Shown here: in pieces, positions 51,211-61,894 of the stretch
Layout: every line of letters begins with the position of its first letter
Position numbering within the stretch: the stretch's first letter is position 1
NCBI GenBank assembly: GCA_963789265.1
Contig: CAWBKB010000006.1
Coordinates: 32,001-96,000 of the forward strand
Length of the DNA stretch: 64,000 bases
Direction: 5' to 3'
DNA from: an uncultured delta proteobacterium
GTDB taxonomy: Bacteria; Desulfobacterota; Desulfomonilia; Desulfomonilales; Desulfomonilaceae
The notes under the pieces: model-generated
What the model saw: only the letters and a program-made list of their open reading frames with translations
Database searches by the model: none
What the model was told of the DNA's origin: nothing
Made by a program: the position numbers and the translations under genes

Positions 51211-51305
51211 CTCGATTCAGAAGATAAACCATGATTGTTCGAATCTTACAATGATTCTGTCTGCGGCTTGCATAGGCGATAGATAACCGTAAGGCCCTAA
51301 AATTC

Positions 51306-52580
51306 TCATGAACCCGGGGCAGTATTTTCAGCTTGCTTCTCTTCCTCCGGCTGCTTGAGGCGAACCATGAGCCATCGCTGAGTCTTATCTTTGCCGAAGT
51401 GAACCAGTGCCTCCGTCTGATCCTGGGTCAGGTTGTAAACGCCTGTTTCCATGATAATATCTGTGTTCTTGCCGTCGGCAAACGTCCAGGCCGCTCTCTG
51501 ACTCTTTTTGTCTACCATCCCTTTGATGGGCCGCCCTGCGTCAGTAGCCCTGTTGTAATATGTTCCTGATATCACGCCCTGTTTGTTTATGGCCAGTTGC
51601 AAAACCATATTGGAATCCGGCACATTTCCATTGCTCAGCGCGAATACTCCCAACGGCAGCCAATCTTCAGTCTGCCGACTTGTAGCCTCCGGAGCCTTGT
51701 CGGCTAACGTACTTGCTTGTTGATAATATTCTTGTGCCGTGGCTGCCTTTTCTCCTCCAACGTAAACGTCATCGCCTTCGTAATAGATATTCTGGCCATA
51801 ATCGTAGTAGACGGGATTGCCATAAGCACTAGCCGCTGCAGAGCCGGAAATCCAACCGGCTACAGCCCCCCAAGTTGCCCAGCGCCACCAGTAATTCCAG
51901 CGATCATGATGATGGTCCCAATGATGGCGGGCGGCATTTGGATGATCTTTCCACCACTTGGGAGTGAATGGTTTGTCATGCCTGTTCTGCCAGTCCTTTC
52001 GAATCTGGTCACTCACGCGCCTTGCCGGGAGCGTGGATGGTCTGCCCGTTTCACCACGCCGTTCGGCTAGTCCGGCTTTTCCCGGCAGTTGGGATGGTTT
52101 TTCCAGGCCGCCCGGCCTCTTGCCTTCGAGGAGCCTCCGCGCTCCCTCGGCACCCAGTGCACCGGCTGCAACACCAGCGCCGATTTTCGCAAGCTCGGAT
52201 CCTCTGCCGGGCCTTTGGTTTTTAGGCAAATTAATAAATTGCTGCAATTGCCTCTGGGTCGGCTTTGCCATCGCTGTTGTTGGGAGTTTTGTGGCACTGC
52301 CTTTGCGAATCTTTGTCTCGGCAGCCTGTCTGGAGGAGGCCCGTTGTCTGGATGACGCTTGGCGACTCGGCGTTGCGGTCCGTGAGTAAGAATGGCCTCT
52401 TTGGTATGAGGGCCGGCTCATGGATGGGCTCCTGTATGCCGCACCGGAACCTCGATATCCTCCAAAGCTTCCTCCACCTCCACGGACTCCACCTCCGCCA
52501 AAACCCCGGGCCATTATTTCATGGGCCGATACGGAGAGAACGAAGAGAATAGTTAATGTGATAACTAATGGTCTTTGCAT
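51306..52580 (-). CDS. Secreted protein with RGG/Gly-rich N-terminus, Trp/His-rich middle and conserved-looking C-terminal domain
   Basis: Signal peptide, ARGFGGGG, WWRWATWG, WLPLGVFAL, GMVDKKSQRAAW, ETGVYNLT, LVHFG. Confidence 0.75.
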   Translation of the reverse strand: MQRPLVITLTILFVLSVSAHEIMARGFGGGGVRGGGGSFGGYRGSGAAYRSPSMSRPSYQRGHSYSRTATPSRQASSRQRASSRQAAETKIRKGSATKLPTTAMAKPTQRQLQQFINLPKNQRPGRGSELAKIGAGVAAGALGAEGARRLLEGKRPGGLEKPSQLPGKAGLAERRGETGRPSTLPARRVSDQIRKDWQNRHDKPFTPKWWKDHPNAARHHWDHHHDRWNYWWRWATWGAVAGWISGSAAASAYGNPVYYDYGQNIYYEGDDVYVGGEKAATAQEYYQQASTLADKAPEATSRQTEDWLPLGVFALSNGNVPDSNMVLQLAINKQGVISGTYYNRATDAGRPIKGMVDKKSQRAAWTFADGKNTDIIMETGVYNLTQDQTEALVHFGKDKTQRWLMVRLKQPEEEKQAENTAPGS

Positions 52581-52592
52581 TTTACACCTCTC

Positions 52593-53498
52593 TTACTTGC
52601 CGGTTCGCGGCGCAGCAGGCTGTTTGCGGATTACCGTCACCGGTGCGATGTCCGGCATAGGCTCACCGGCAATGTCGCGTCCTTCCGACTGAAAGGTGAA
52701 GGTGTTTTCATCTACATAAGTGTAGGTGTTGATTGAAGAAGCCTTCTCACCGGTACTCAAGATACTCGATGAATCCACTACCCACGCGTTACCTTTCTTG
52801 GACCAAGTACCTTGGCCAAAACCTCCCTGCGAGTCGAACACCCACGACCTGATAACTTTTGCCACCGGATCCCACCCTATGACTTGAGTGCCCTGGAGAT
52901 CTACCTTGCCTTTGATATAAACGGAGAAAGAACCGGTAATAAAGCTGTTGTTTCTAGCCCACTGGTATACGGTATCCAAGGTCGAGTTTTCGTCTTTGTC
53001 AATCCATTCCCCGATCAGCCACTCAACCCGCTTGAGGTGTTGGTAAGCCACCGAACTTTCTTGCTCTTTGACGCTGGTGAGCTTCCAATCTCCGCCTTTC
53101 TTGATGTAAGCCGCAACATATTGAGTCTCTTCAGGAGCCTGACCAGGGCGGTTGACGGTGGCAATGCCTGTCTCGACCGCACGATCGGGATACGGAAAGC
53201 GTACGGACGACGTAGATACCTGAAGCTGCACGCCTTTGTTTTCGGTAAAGAACCGCTTGAGAGCGGCCTCGATCTTTTTGCGCCCTTTGAATCGATCCCC
53301 CGATGGAGCGACATACTCCCCGTCGTCGGTCCAAAATGAAGCCACTGTCGCCACATCACCGCGATTGAAAGCGCCGACGTACTCCTGGACAGCTTTCTTG
53401 ATCGCTGCATCATCAGACGTTTGCTTTTCCTGAGCTTCAATGGCGACAGCGGCGACGGCCACTACAAGAATAGCTACAATCGTTAACATCTTCTTCAT
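52593..53498 (-). CDS. Secreted NTF2-like (DUF4440/SgcJ-EcaC-like) two-domain protein
   Basis: Signal peptide, YVGAFNRGD...WTDDG, LIGEW, IGWDP...IRSWVFDS.GGFG. Confidence 0.75.
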   Translation of the reverse strand: MKKMLTIVAILVVAVAAVAIEAQEKQTSDDAAIKKAVQEYVGAFNRGDVATVASFWTDDGEYVAPSGDRFKGRKKIEAALKRFFTENKGVQLQVSTSSVRFPYPDRAVETGIATVNRPGQAPEETQYVAAYIKKGGDWKLTSVKEQESSVAYQHLKRVEWLIGEWIDKDENSTLDTVYQWARNNSFITGSFSVYIKGKVDLQGTQVIGWDPVAKVIRSWVFDSQGGFGQGTWSKKGNAWVVDSSSILSTGEKASSINTYTYVDENTFTFQSEGRDIAGEPMPDIAPVTVIRKQPAAPRTGK

Positions 53499-54009
53499 AG
53501 TGCGTTCCCCATAGCATTTCCCAGATTCGTGAGGATAGCCTTCCCCTGCTTACTTTAGACGTCTAGTTTTGAATCTTGATTCGGATTGAGTAGAGATGAA
53601 TGAACACCCCAGAACCAGAGCCTCTCAATCCCGAGTCGGCACTCTAACAAAGAAGAGAGGGCCGAGCCAAACTCGCTGCTCTTTCTCATTTAAACGCTTT
53701 GTGATGCTTAATTACGCTTCAAGCCGACTGCCGTCATGCCATGGCAGGCGCCTCCTTTTGCCTCGGCGCGATCCACGTGCAAAGAAGAGCGGCAAGCATT
53801 CAGTTGCATGTGGGCGTGTCATTACTGCCGCGAAGGGGCAACCCAACGACAGTTCCGCGGGACGCGGGATGTGAACCCACGGAAGAGGCACACCATTGAT
53901 TCCAAAGGACCCTGGGAGGGTTCATTCTATACGGTAAGGCCACCAAAGAGAATCCCTGTCAGACCTGCCTGTTGCGCAGAGGGCACTCCCGTCGAACGGG
54001 AGGCTTGGA

Positions 54010-55107
54010 CTACTTACCCGGAACGAAGTAGAACGCAAGTCCCAAAATCACATACACGGCGAGCAACAGAACTCCCTCAAACCAGTTCGATTCACCATTG
54101 TTCACGATATGGCTGCAAATGCTCACCGAGAGTATCACAGCTAATGACTCTCCTACTGTGAACACCAGATTCATTGGTCCAGGGGCTATCCAATAGCTTA
54201 GCAAAACTAGCAGAGGCGCTACGAAAAGCGCTATCTGCAGACTGCTGCCGATGGCAATGCCAAGACTGAGTTCCGTCCGGTTCTTCATAGCCATGAGCAC
54301 CGCGGAGCTGTGTTCCGCAGCATTCCCCACCATCGCGACCACAATGACTCCGACAAAGATATCTGACATACCGAGAGCTTGTGCCGCCTGGGACACCGAG
54401 CCCACTAAAATTTCGCTCATCCAGGCAATGAGGATCGTAGAGATCAAGAGTACCGTTATGGACGCCGCCAACGTCCAGGGTGGTTCCACAGACTCATCCA
54501 CGGCCGCCCCCGCACCCTTGATTCCCGAGAACAACTCCTTGTGAGTCTTCATCGAGAACAAGAGGCTGAGCAGATAGGTAATGAGCAGAACTACAGAGAT
54601 GACGACACTGAGCTTGTTCACGGTTGCGGTCAAGGTTCCCTGACCGAGATAATGGAACACACCAGGTACGATGAGGGCGATGGAAACTAGGACCAGAGCT
54701 GCAACCCGTGACTGCGCCCCAGCGGCGTTAAACTCCTGGATTTTGTACCGGATTCCCCCTGCAACGAAAGCCAGCCCCAAAACCAGCAGAACGTTTCCTA
54801 TAATGGATCCGGTCAGGGAAGCTTTGACCACGTCGAATAGACCCTGCCTAAGAGCCACAACAGCGATGATTAATTCCGCAGCGTTTCCCAGAGTCGCATT
54901 GAGAAATCCACCGATGTTCTCTCCGGCTCGGTCGGCAACCTGTTCGGTAGCTTTGCCCAACAAGCCCGCAAGTGGAACTATCGCGCCACACGATAAGGCG
55001 AATATCACAGTGTGAGATCGTGGGTGCGCGTGCTCCACATAAAGACAAACCGGAACCAAGATCACCAACCAATGGAGGGAAGGCTTAAATATCTGTCGCA
55101 CGTTCAA
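54010..55107 (-). CDS. cax: Ca2+/H+ antiporter (CAX/ChaA family)
   Basis: LNATLGNAAE and VGNAAEH alpha repeats, GSSLQIAL; start codon uncertain. Confidence 0.9.
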   Translation of the reverse strand: MNVRQIFKPSLHWLVILVPVCLYVEHAHPRSHTVIFALSCGAIVPLAGLLGKATEQVADRAGENIGGFLNATLGNAAELIIAVVALRQGLFDVVKASLTGSIIGNVLLVLGLAFVAGGIRYKIQEFNAAGAQSRVAALVLVSIALIVPGVFHYLGQGTLTATVNKLSVVISVVLLITYLLSLLFSMKTHKELFSGIKGAGAAVDESVEPPWTLAASITVLLISTILIAWMSEILVGSVSQAAQALGMSDIFVGVIVVAMVGNAAEHSSAVLMAMKNRTELSLGIAIGSSLQIALFVAPLLVLLSYWIAPGPMNLVFTVGESLAVILSVSICSHIVNNGESNWFEGVLLLAVYVILGLAFYFVPGK

Positions 55108-55301
55108 CCTTCGGGTCCTGCCGGAATTAGCGCAGGCTTTTGCGAGCGTGGCTTTCTTCAGCAATAAATGGTCGCGATTTCACGTGCGTTACGGGAAATC
55201 GTGTGGTCTTCAATGAAAGTCTTTGAACTGCCCAACCCGACTTGAATCATCGCATGGAATTCGTCATTCTCGACAGCTCGGCACAAGATCATGCGGTCCT
55301 G

Positions 55302-56231
55302 CTAGAACCCGGCTTCCTTTGGTGACTTTCCGCAGGCTTCCAGCACAATGCCCCTAAGCTGAATAAGCTGGAGCGTTCCCTCGCCGCCGACTTGATCCCA
55401 GAATTTCGTTCCTACTTTCACCCAATTTTCCGCCGCCTTTATAGCCTTTGCAGGCGCTCCTTTCATTCTAGGCGCGTACTGTTGCTTGACTTGCTCAAGG
55501 GACTTTGCGCGTTCCGGTCCTTTTTGCCGCCTAACAACTTCTTCGCTTGCTTTCATGAACGCAACTACTGCATCACATGGACTGAGTTCTTCCATCCGTT
55601 TTGCACCACCTGGAACAACTTCGGTAGACGTGGCGGCAGGTGCCTTCGGCGGTGGAGCTGTTTCGGTCACACGTTTCTTGTATTCCTGGACCTCTTGGGC
55701 AACCTGGCCCTTTTCGCGTTTTAGAGAAGCGATTTCCTCCTCGGCGGCGCTATTCTTCTTTTTAAGCTCACTGTTTTCGGTCGAAATAGCTGCTTTAGCT
55801 TTGTTCAATGCATCCAGATCTCGCTGTAGCCGCGTATTCTTGTCCGAGAGAGCTTTTGATTCATCACTTAGGCGACTCGTTTCCTGTTTCAAACGGGCGG
55901 TCTCGTCAGTCAATCTCTTAACTTCGGAGTTTAGCTTTTCAATTTGCTGCTTTGCGCTCGCTAATTCCTTTTTCTGCCTGCCGCATCCTGAAACCATAGG
56001 CAACAAAACGCTCACAATCAAGGCCCAGCAAAAGACGGCATGAGGTGTCGGCAGACCCTGGGCGCGACTCCTCAAGCTCCTGTAGGTAGTTTCAGAAATT
56101 ATGTGACGGAGCACTGCCAACATCCGTCCCACCGGCCGGGTTGAATCGAAAATATTCACGATGGCCCTCCTATCGCAGAGTTCGAAAGTGACAAACCTCC
56201 TCGAATCCAGCATAACTCCCGTGTCCAGCAC
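55302..56231 (-). CDS. Coiled-coil lipoprotein
   Basis: Hydrophobic stretch ending in VSGC lipobox, long heptad region; true start is probably downstream of 56231. Confidence 0.65.
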   Translation of the reverse strand: MLDTGVMLDSRRFVTFELCDRRAIVNIFDSTRPVGRMLAVLRHIISETTYRSLRSRAQGLPTPHAVFCWALIVSVLLPMVSGCGRQKKELASAKQQIEKLNSEVKRLTDETARLKQETSRLSDESKALSDKNTRLQRDLDALNKAKAAISTENSELKKKNSAAEEEIASLKREKGQVAQEVQEYKKRVTETAPPPKAPAATSTEVVPGGAKRMEELSPCDAVVAFMKASEEVVRRQKGPERAKSLEQVKQQYAPRMKGAPAKAIKAAENWVKVGTKFWDQVGGEGTLQLIQLRGIVLEACGKSPKEAGF

Positions 56232-56517
56232 TCTGGTCTAGCCTCCACAAACCCACTGAACAGGTGTCCACTATTTGCCATCCTGTTGTCCATTTAAACG
56301 ATTCTGTGGTACGTTCGGGTCTCATCGTCTAGAGCTTACTATACTCGCGCGAACACAGTCTGTCGACGTAGAATTCGGCAGCCTGTCGGACTATCCGTTC
56401 AAGCGCGTTTGTTTTGGGGATCTTCGGCATTGACCTATAATAAGGATCTTTTGCATTAACCCGGGACTTGTGCAGCCCACACTAAATGGTCTAAACCGGC
56501 CGAAATCAGGAGTCTGG

Positions 56518-57704
56518 ATGATGACCGCCATACGATTATCAGCAGTTTTGATCTTTGTCGCCTTGGCTTCTGTGGGCATTCTAGGTTGCAGCGAAAACGT
56601 TCAACTGGCTGTGCCTCCTCCAGCCGAGGTCATCGTCAGCCATCCATTGAAAAAGAAAGTCACTCAGTACCTCGAGTTTACAGGGACTACGGCCGCATTG
56701 GAATTCGTCGAGATCAGAGCCAGGGTCGAGGGATGGTTGGAGAGCCTTCATTTTCTACCGGGATACTCGAGTCAAGAAAGGAGATCTGCTCTTCGTCATA
56801 GATCCAAGGCCGTTCCAGGCTATAGTTGATCAGTACCGAGGCTGCCCTGAAAGGCAAGCAGGCCGATCTGCAGCTCAAGCAGGCGAATCTCAAGCGCGCC
56901 AAGCAGCTTCTTTCGACGGCGGCCATTAGTCAGCTCCAATACGATGTCCAAAAGGCCGAGGAAGCTGTGGCAGTTGCCCAGGTCGGAATAGCGGTAGCTG
57001 ATCTGAAAAAATCCAAGCTCGATCTCGCTTACACTCAGGTAACCGCTCCTATCTACGGCCGTGTCAGCCGCAATTATGTGGACACAGGAAACCTTGTGGG
57101 AGCCAAAGACAAGACGCTGCTAACGGAGATTGTCAACGATACTTCGGTATATGTCTATTTCGACGTAAGTGAACGAGATCTGCTCATGCTTCTCAGAATG
57201 TGGCCGAACCTTGAGACAGAAAAGCCGTCAGATCGAGCAAAGCCGTCTGCTTATCTCCAGTTGGCGGATGAAACCGGCTACCCGCATGAAGGCAACGTAG
57301 ATTTTGTGGAATCGCGGGTTGATCCAAGCACGGGCACTCTGAGGGTCCGCGCAATCTTTTCGAACGACGATAGTCTACTTGTTTCCGGGCTCTTCAGCCG
57401 CGTTCGAGTTCCCATTGAGCAAAAAGAAGCGCTCCTCGTTCCGGAGCTCGCTGTGGGTATTAGCCAAGCTGGAAGATATGTTCTTGTGGTAAACAAGGAC
57501 CAGATAGTAGAGCAGCGGCTGGTCAAGACCGGTCAGCTTGAGGGAACTCTTCGGGTTATCGAAGAGGGCCTTGCCAAAGATGATCGGGTGATAGTTAACG
57601 GCATCCAGCGTGCAAGACCAGGAACGCGAGTCAGCCCCAAGGAATCGACCATCTCGGCAACTCCTCAGGCCTCCGAAAAGGCGGGTCCAACTTCCAAAAA
57701 GTAG
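56518..57704 (+). CDS. RND periplasmic adaptor, frameshifted near 56760 and 56830
   Basis: ILGC lipobox, VEIRARVEG, KKGDLLFVIDPRPF in a shifted frame, VTAPIYG, VDPSTGT. Confidence 0.85.
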
Positions 57705-57716
57705 TGGAGGTCCACA

Positions 57717-60700
57717 ATGCTGAGTCGCTTTTTCATTGAAAGGCCCATTCTTGCCTCAGTGGTATCCATTATAATTGTGTTTGCGGGTGCCGTCTCGATT
57801 TTCAGCCTTCCCATTGCTCAATATCCTGAAATTGTCCCGCCAGTTGTTCAGGTGACGGCTTCCTATCCAGGCGCTGACCCGCGGGTGATCGCAGAGACAG
57901 TCGCCGCTCCAATTGAACAGCAAGTCAACGGCGTCGAAAACATGCTTTACATGTCGAGTCAGAGTGCTGCTGACGGATCCTATACGCTCAATGTGACATT
58001 CGAGCTTGGAACTAACATCGACATGGACACGGTGCTGACGCAGAACCGTGTCTCCGCTGCACTGGCCCAATTACCCGAAGATGTTCAGCGACAAGGGGTG
58101 ACAACGAAAAAGGTTTCTAGTGCTCTTGTTATGGTTGTGAGCGTGTTCTCTCCCGATAATCGGTATGACGACCTCTTCGTGACTAACTACGCTACGATAA
58201 ACATGAAAGATACGTTGAGTCGCATACCGGGCGTCGGGAACATAGTCTTGTATCCGAACAAGGATTACTCCATGCGGGTGTGGCTGGACGCGGACAAGCT
58301 GCGGGCCAGAGACCTTACCGTTGATGATGTGGTGGGCGCACTTCGCACGCAGAACGTTCAGGTGGCTTCAGGGCAGCTCGGTCAGCCTCCAGTCCCAAAA
58401 GATCAGGTCTATCAGCTAAATCTGAATACCATGGGTAGGCTTGCAAATGTAGAGCAGTTTGAAGATGTTATTCTCAAGACCGGCGAAGGCACGCGGGCCA
58501 TTCGTGTCAAAGATGTGGGGAAAGTCGATTTGGGTGGTAAAGGGTACGACTTCTTGTCGCTATTCAACGGCCGACCCGCAGCCACCATGGTGATCTATCA
58601 ATCTCCGGGTTCCAATGCTATTGAGGTGACCAATCAATTGATCAGGACCCTTGACGAGCTCAAGAAGAGTTTTCCTCAAGGTATAGAATACCGGGTCCTG
58701 TACAAAATATCCGATTTTGTAAACGCTTCTATTCATGAAGTCATTAAGACTCTGTTCGAGGCCTTCGTGCTAGTAGTGATCGTCGTTTTCATCTTTCTTC
58801 AGAGTTGGCGGACGACACTTATTCCCATGATTACGATTCCCGTATCCCTTATCGGTACGTTTGCAGTAATGGCTTTGTTGGGGTTCTCAATAAATATGGT
58901 AACCCTCTTCGGGCTTGTCCTAGCCATAGGATTGGTCGTGGACGATGCAATCGTGGTAGTGGAAAACGTTGAACGCAACATGGCTGAGTTCGGCATTGGT
59001 CCGAAAGAAGCTGCCATTAAATCGATGGAGGAAGTGAGCGGAGCAATCATCGGAATTACGCTGGTACTTATGGCGGTGTTTGTGCCACCGGCGTTCCTGG
59101 GCGGCATTACGGGTCAACTATTCAGGCAATTCTCACTTACCATCGCCATTACAATGCTATTCAGCGCGATTAATGCTCTTACTTTAAGTCCAGCGCTCTG
59201 TGCCCTGATTCTGCGACCCGGCGGACATGGATCTCAGAATGCTTTTTTCAGGCTTTTTAACAATGCCTTCAACCGAACTACGGATTGGTATGCCCGAATT
59301 GTGTCCCTGGGCGTGCGACGGATCGCCCTCATGATGATTTTGTTTCTTGGGCTGGTTCTGCTTACAGGTGTCATTTACGAGAGAGTTCCTAAAGGATTTC
59401 TCCCATTGGAAGATGACGGATTGATACTAGCGAATGTGCAGATGCCGGATGGTGCGACCTTGGACCGAACCAACAATACTGTGGAACAGGCAGGTAAATA
59501 TATTGACGAAACGGAAGGAGTGGCCTCCTGGGGCGCACTAGTAGGCTATTCGATGATCGATGCCGCACGATCCAATCTGGCGACGATTTTTATTCCGCTC
59601 AAACCGTGGGAAGAAAGGCTTGCGAAAGGTCGGAGCAGGCAAGCAATCATGAAGGAACTTTCAGACAAATTCCGGAAGATATACGATGGGATTGTTTTTA
59701 CCTATACCTTGCCGCCTGTCATCGGATTGGGCACGGGGGGAGGGTTCGAAATGCAACTCCTTGACAAAGGAGATCTCGGTTTTCAGTCCCTCGAGCAATC
59801 CGGCACCGAATTGGCTGCAGATGCGAACCAGCAGCCGGACCTGAAATCGGTTTTGGCCACTTTCCGATCTACATATCCGGACGTCTACATCGATATTGAT
59901 CGTACGAAGGCCTTGGCGCTGAAGATACCTCTGCAGAGCGTGTTCAACACATTGCAAACATATTGCGGTTCTACATACGTAAATGATTTCAATAAATTCA
60001 GCAGGACCTGGCAAGTGAGAGTCCAGGGAGAAAGCATGTTCCGTCGGAAACCGGAGGATATATCGCAACTGTTCGTGAGAAGTAACAATGGCAAAATGAT
60101 ACCCTTGGGGACCTTAGTTAACGCTCGATACGAAGTGGGCCCAATGCGTGTGGATAGGTACAACCTTTTTCCTACCGCGAAAATTCTGGGTGAAAATGCC
60201 CAGGGATACAGTTCCGGCCAAGCGCTCCAAACAATGGAAACGCTGGCGGAAAAGACCCTGCCGCCCGGAATGGCATTCGAATGGACGAACATGGCTTACC
60301 AGGAAAAAAAGGCGGCAGGTAAAGCAACCATAACATTTACCGCAGCAATTTTAGTGGTTATCCTGATCCTGGCTGGCTTGTACGAAAGCTGGGCCGATCC
60401 CATTGCCGTCGTTTTAGTTGTTCCCCTAGCAGTCCTGGGAGCTGCAGCCGGCCTTCTCATTGGCGGCATGGACAATAATGTATATACACAGGTGGGTTTG
60501 GTGCTCCTGGTGGGGTTATCCGCAAAAAACGCCATTCTGATTGTTGAGTTCGCGCGGGAAGCCCGTGCCAGGGGGCAAGGTGTTCTCGAAGCTGCTACGG
60601 AGGCATCGAAACTTCGCTTCCGGCCCATTCTTATGACTTCGCTCGCGTTCATCTTGGGCGTTCTTCCTCTCGTGACAGCATCGGGGGCTGGGGCTGTCAG

Positions 60701-60848
60701 TCGTCGGTCCGTAGGAATGGCGGTCTTCGCGGGGATGATCGGGGTAACCGCCTTGGGAGTTTTCTTCACGCCTGCTCTGTATGTCCTCATGCGAAAGCGC
60801 TGGAAGAAAGGCGGTAAATCTTCGGACACTGTCGCATCCAAATCCTAA
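57717..60848 (+). CDS. RND efflux permease (HAE1/AcrB family)
   Basis: 1043 aa; FFIERPI, AIGLVVDDAIVVVENVER, KNAILIVEFA, RFRPILMTS. Confidence 0.95.
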   Translation: MLSRFFIERPILASVVSIIIVFAGAVSIFSLPIAQYPEIVPPVVQVTASYPGADPRVIAETVAAPIEQQVNGVENMLYMSSQSAADGSYTLNVTFELGTNIDMDTVLTQNRVSAALAQLPEDVQRQGVTTKKVSSALVMVVSVFSPDNRYDDLFVTNYATINMKDTLSRIPGVGNIVLYPNKDYSMRVWLDADKLRARDLTVDDVVGALRTQNVQVASGQLGQPPVPKDQVYQLNLNTMGRLANVEQFEDVILKTGEGTRAIRVKDVGKVDLGGKGYDFLSLFNGRPAATMVIYQSPGSNAIEVTNQLIRTLDELKKSFPQGIEYRVLYKISDFVNASIHEVIKTLFEAFVLVVIVVFIFLQSWRTTLIPMITIPVSLIGTFAVMALLGFSINMVTLFGLVLAIGLVVDDAIVVVENVERNMAEFGIGPKEAAIKSMEEVSGAIIGITLVLMAVFVPPAFLGGITGQLFRQFSLTIAITMLFSAINALTLSPALCALILRPGGHGSQNAFFRLFNNAFNRTTDWYARIVSLGVRRIALMMILFLGLVLLTGVIYERVPKGFLPLEDDGLILANVQMPDGATLDRTNNTVEQAGKYIDETEGVASWGALVGYSMIDAARSNLATIFIPLKPWEERLAKGRSRQAIMKELSDKFRKIYDGIVFTYTLPPVIGLGTGGGFEMQLLDKGDLGFQSLEQSGTELAADANQQPDLKSVLATFRSTYPDVYIDIDRTKALALKIPLQSVFNTLQTYCGSTYVNDFNKFSRTWQVRVQGESMFRRKPEDISQLFVRSNNGKMIPLGTLVNARYEVGPMRVDRYNLFPTAKILGENAQGYSSGQALQTMETLAEKTLPPGMAFEWTNMAYQEKKAAGKATITFTAAILVVILILAGLYESWADPIAVVLVVPLAVLGAAAGLLIGGMDNNVYTQVGLVLLVGLSAKNAILIVEFAREARARGQGVLEAATEASKLRFRPILMTSLAFILGVLPLVTASGAGAVSRRSVGMAVFAGMIGVTALGVFFTPALYVLMRKRWKKGGKSSDTVASKS

Positions 60849-61046
60849 CGCCAGGACTGTTCTGTAATGGACGTCTCTCCGATTCGTTTCCCGTGAGAAA
60901 GGGCTGAGGTGCAGTAATCCGGGATTTCTCGGGTGCTCGAGAGACCGGTCCGTAGAAGAAGATTTGCAGAGCGGCGAAAATGATAATTGGATAATTAATC
61001 ATGCGGTTGGGTTGACCATCTGCAAACGGTCGGGGGCAACAAAGCT

Positions 61047-61757
61047 CTAGGCCGAATTATCTAAAGGGCTCTTACACTTTGCCTCGGAGGCGCTAACGCT
61101 AATCCGGCGACCGATATAAACGCTCAAAAGGTAGGCCACCACAAGCCATCCGTAAAACTGACCCGTAATCGCTTCAGTAATGGCCAGCCGTTGGGCGAAC
61201 TCTGTCTTTGGTGTGATATCCCCATATCCCAGGGTGGCCAGAGTGACAAAACTAAAATATACGAAATGTGATGCCGACTCTCCGCCTGGAACCCGCAAGG
61301 CGAAAGATTCCGGACTGAACCAGTCGAGTATCGTGTAAATATGCGCGCAAAACATCCCAAGGATTATATAAAAGCTCACGGCTGAAATGATTAGTTGATG
61401 TGTGACATCCCGAGCCTTTAACATGGCCGAGAGTATCAAGGCGCCGCAGCATACGTATAAGACAATGATGAAGATCAGGACGAGTAGGCCGATTCGAATG
61501 CGTAAGGGCCCGATCATGGCTCCGGGAAGAAGCTTTGCCAAGACTATCGCCAGCACCACAACCGATGAGGACACAGCGATGACTTTTCGGGCAAGGCTTT
61601 CTCTGTCACTGAGAAGCCAGCCCCCGGCCACACCGATTGCCGCGAAAGACAGACTGGTAAGGGGTCCAGGTATCAGCGGGCCTAGAAGCAGAAGCCCGAG
61701 GAACATTACGAGTACCAAGATAGCTCTTTCGTGAAGAACTCGCTGACGAAGGCTCAC
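61047..61757 (-). CDS. Potassium-channel pore-domain protein (Ion_trans_2-like)
   Basis: YFSFVTLATLGYGDITP selectivity filter. Confidence 0.88.
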   Translation of the reverse strand: MSLRQRVLHERAILVLVMFLGLLLLGPLIPGPLTSLSFAAIGVAGGWLLSDRESLARKVIAVSSSVVVLAIVLAKLLPGAMIGPLRIRIGLLVLIFIIVLYVCCGALILSAMLKARDVTHQLIISAVSFYIILGMFCAHIYTILDWFSPESFALRVPGGESASHFVYFSFVTLATLGYGDITPKTEFAQRLAITEAITGQFYGWLVVAYLLSVYIGRRISVSASEAKCKSPLDNSA

Positions 61758-61894
61758 AGCTCAGGTTCCCTTTCACAATAAAGAACTTCAGTTGCCCATA
61801 TCATATTTCTGGAAAAACTGGTAATACCAAAACCCCTTCATAAAAGTAATTCTAGTAAGCCGTTTGTGGCAGTTCACCCCATGTGTCACCACGG

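Noticed and set aside
53520..54005. Structured RNA or ORF between cax and the NTF2-like gene
   Set aside because: No recognisable riboswitch consensus, and the ORFs there look non-coding.
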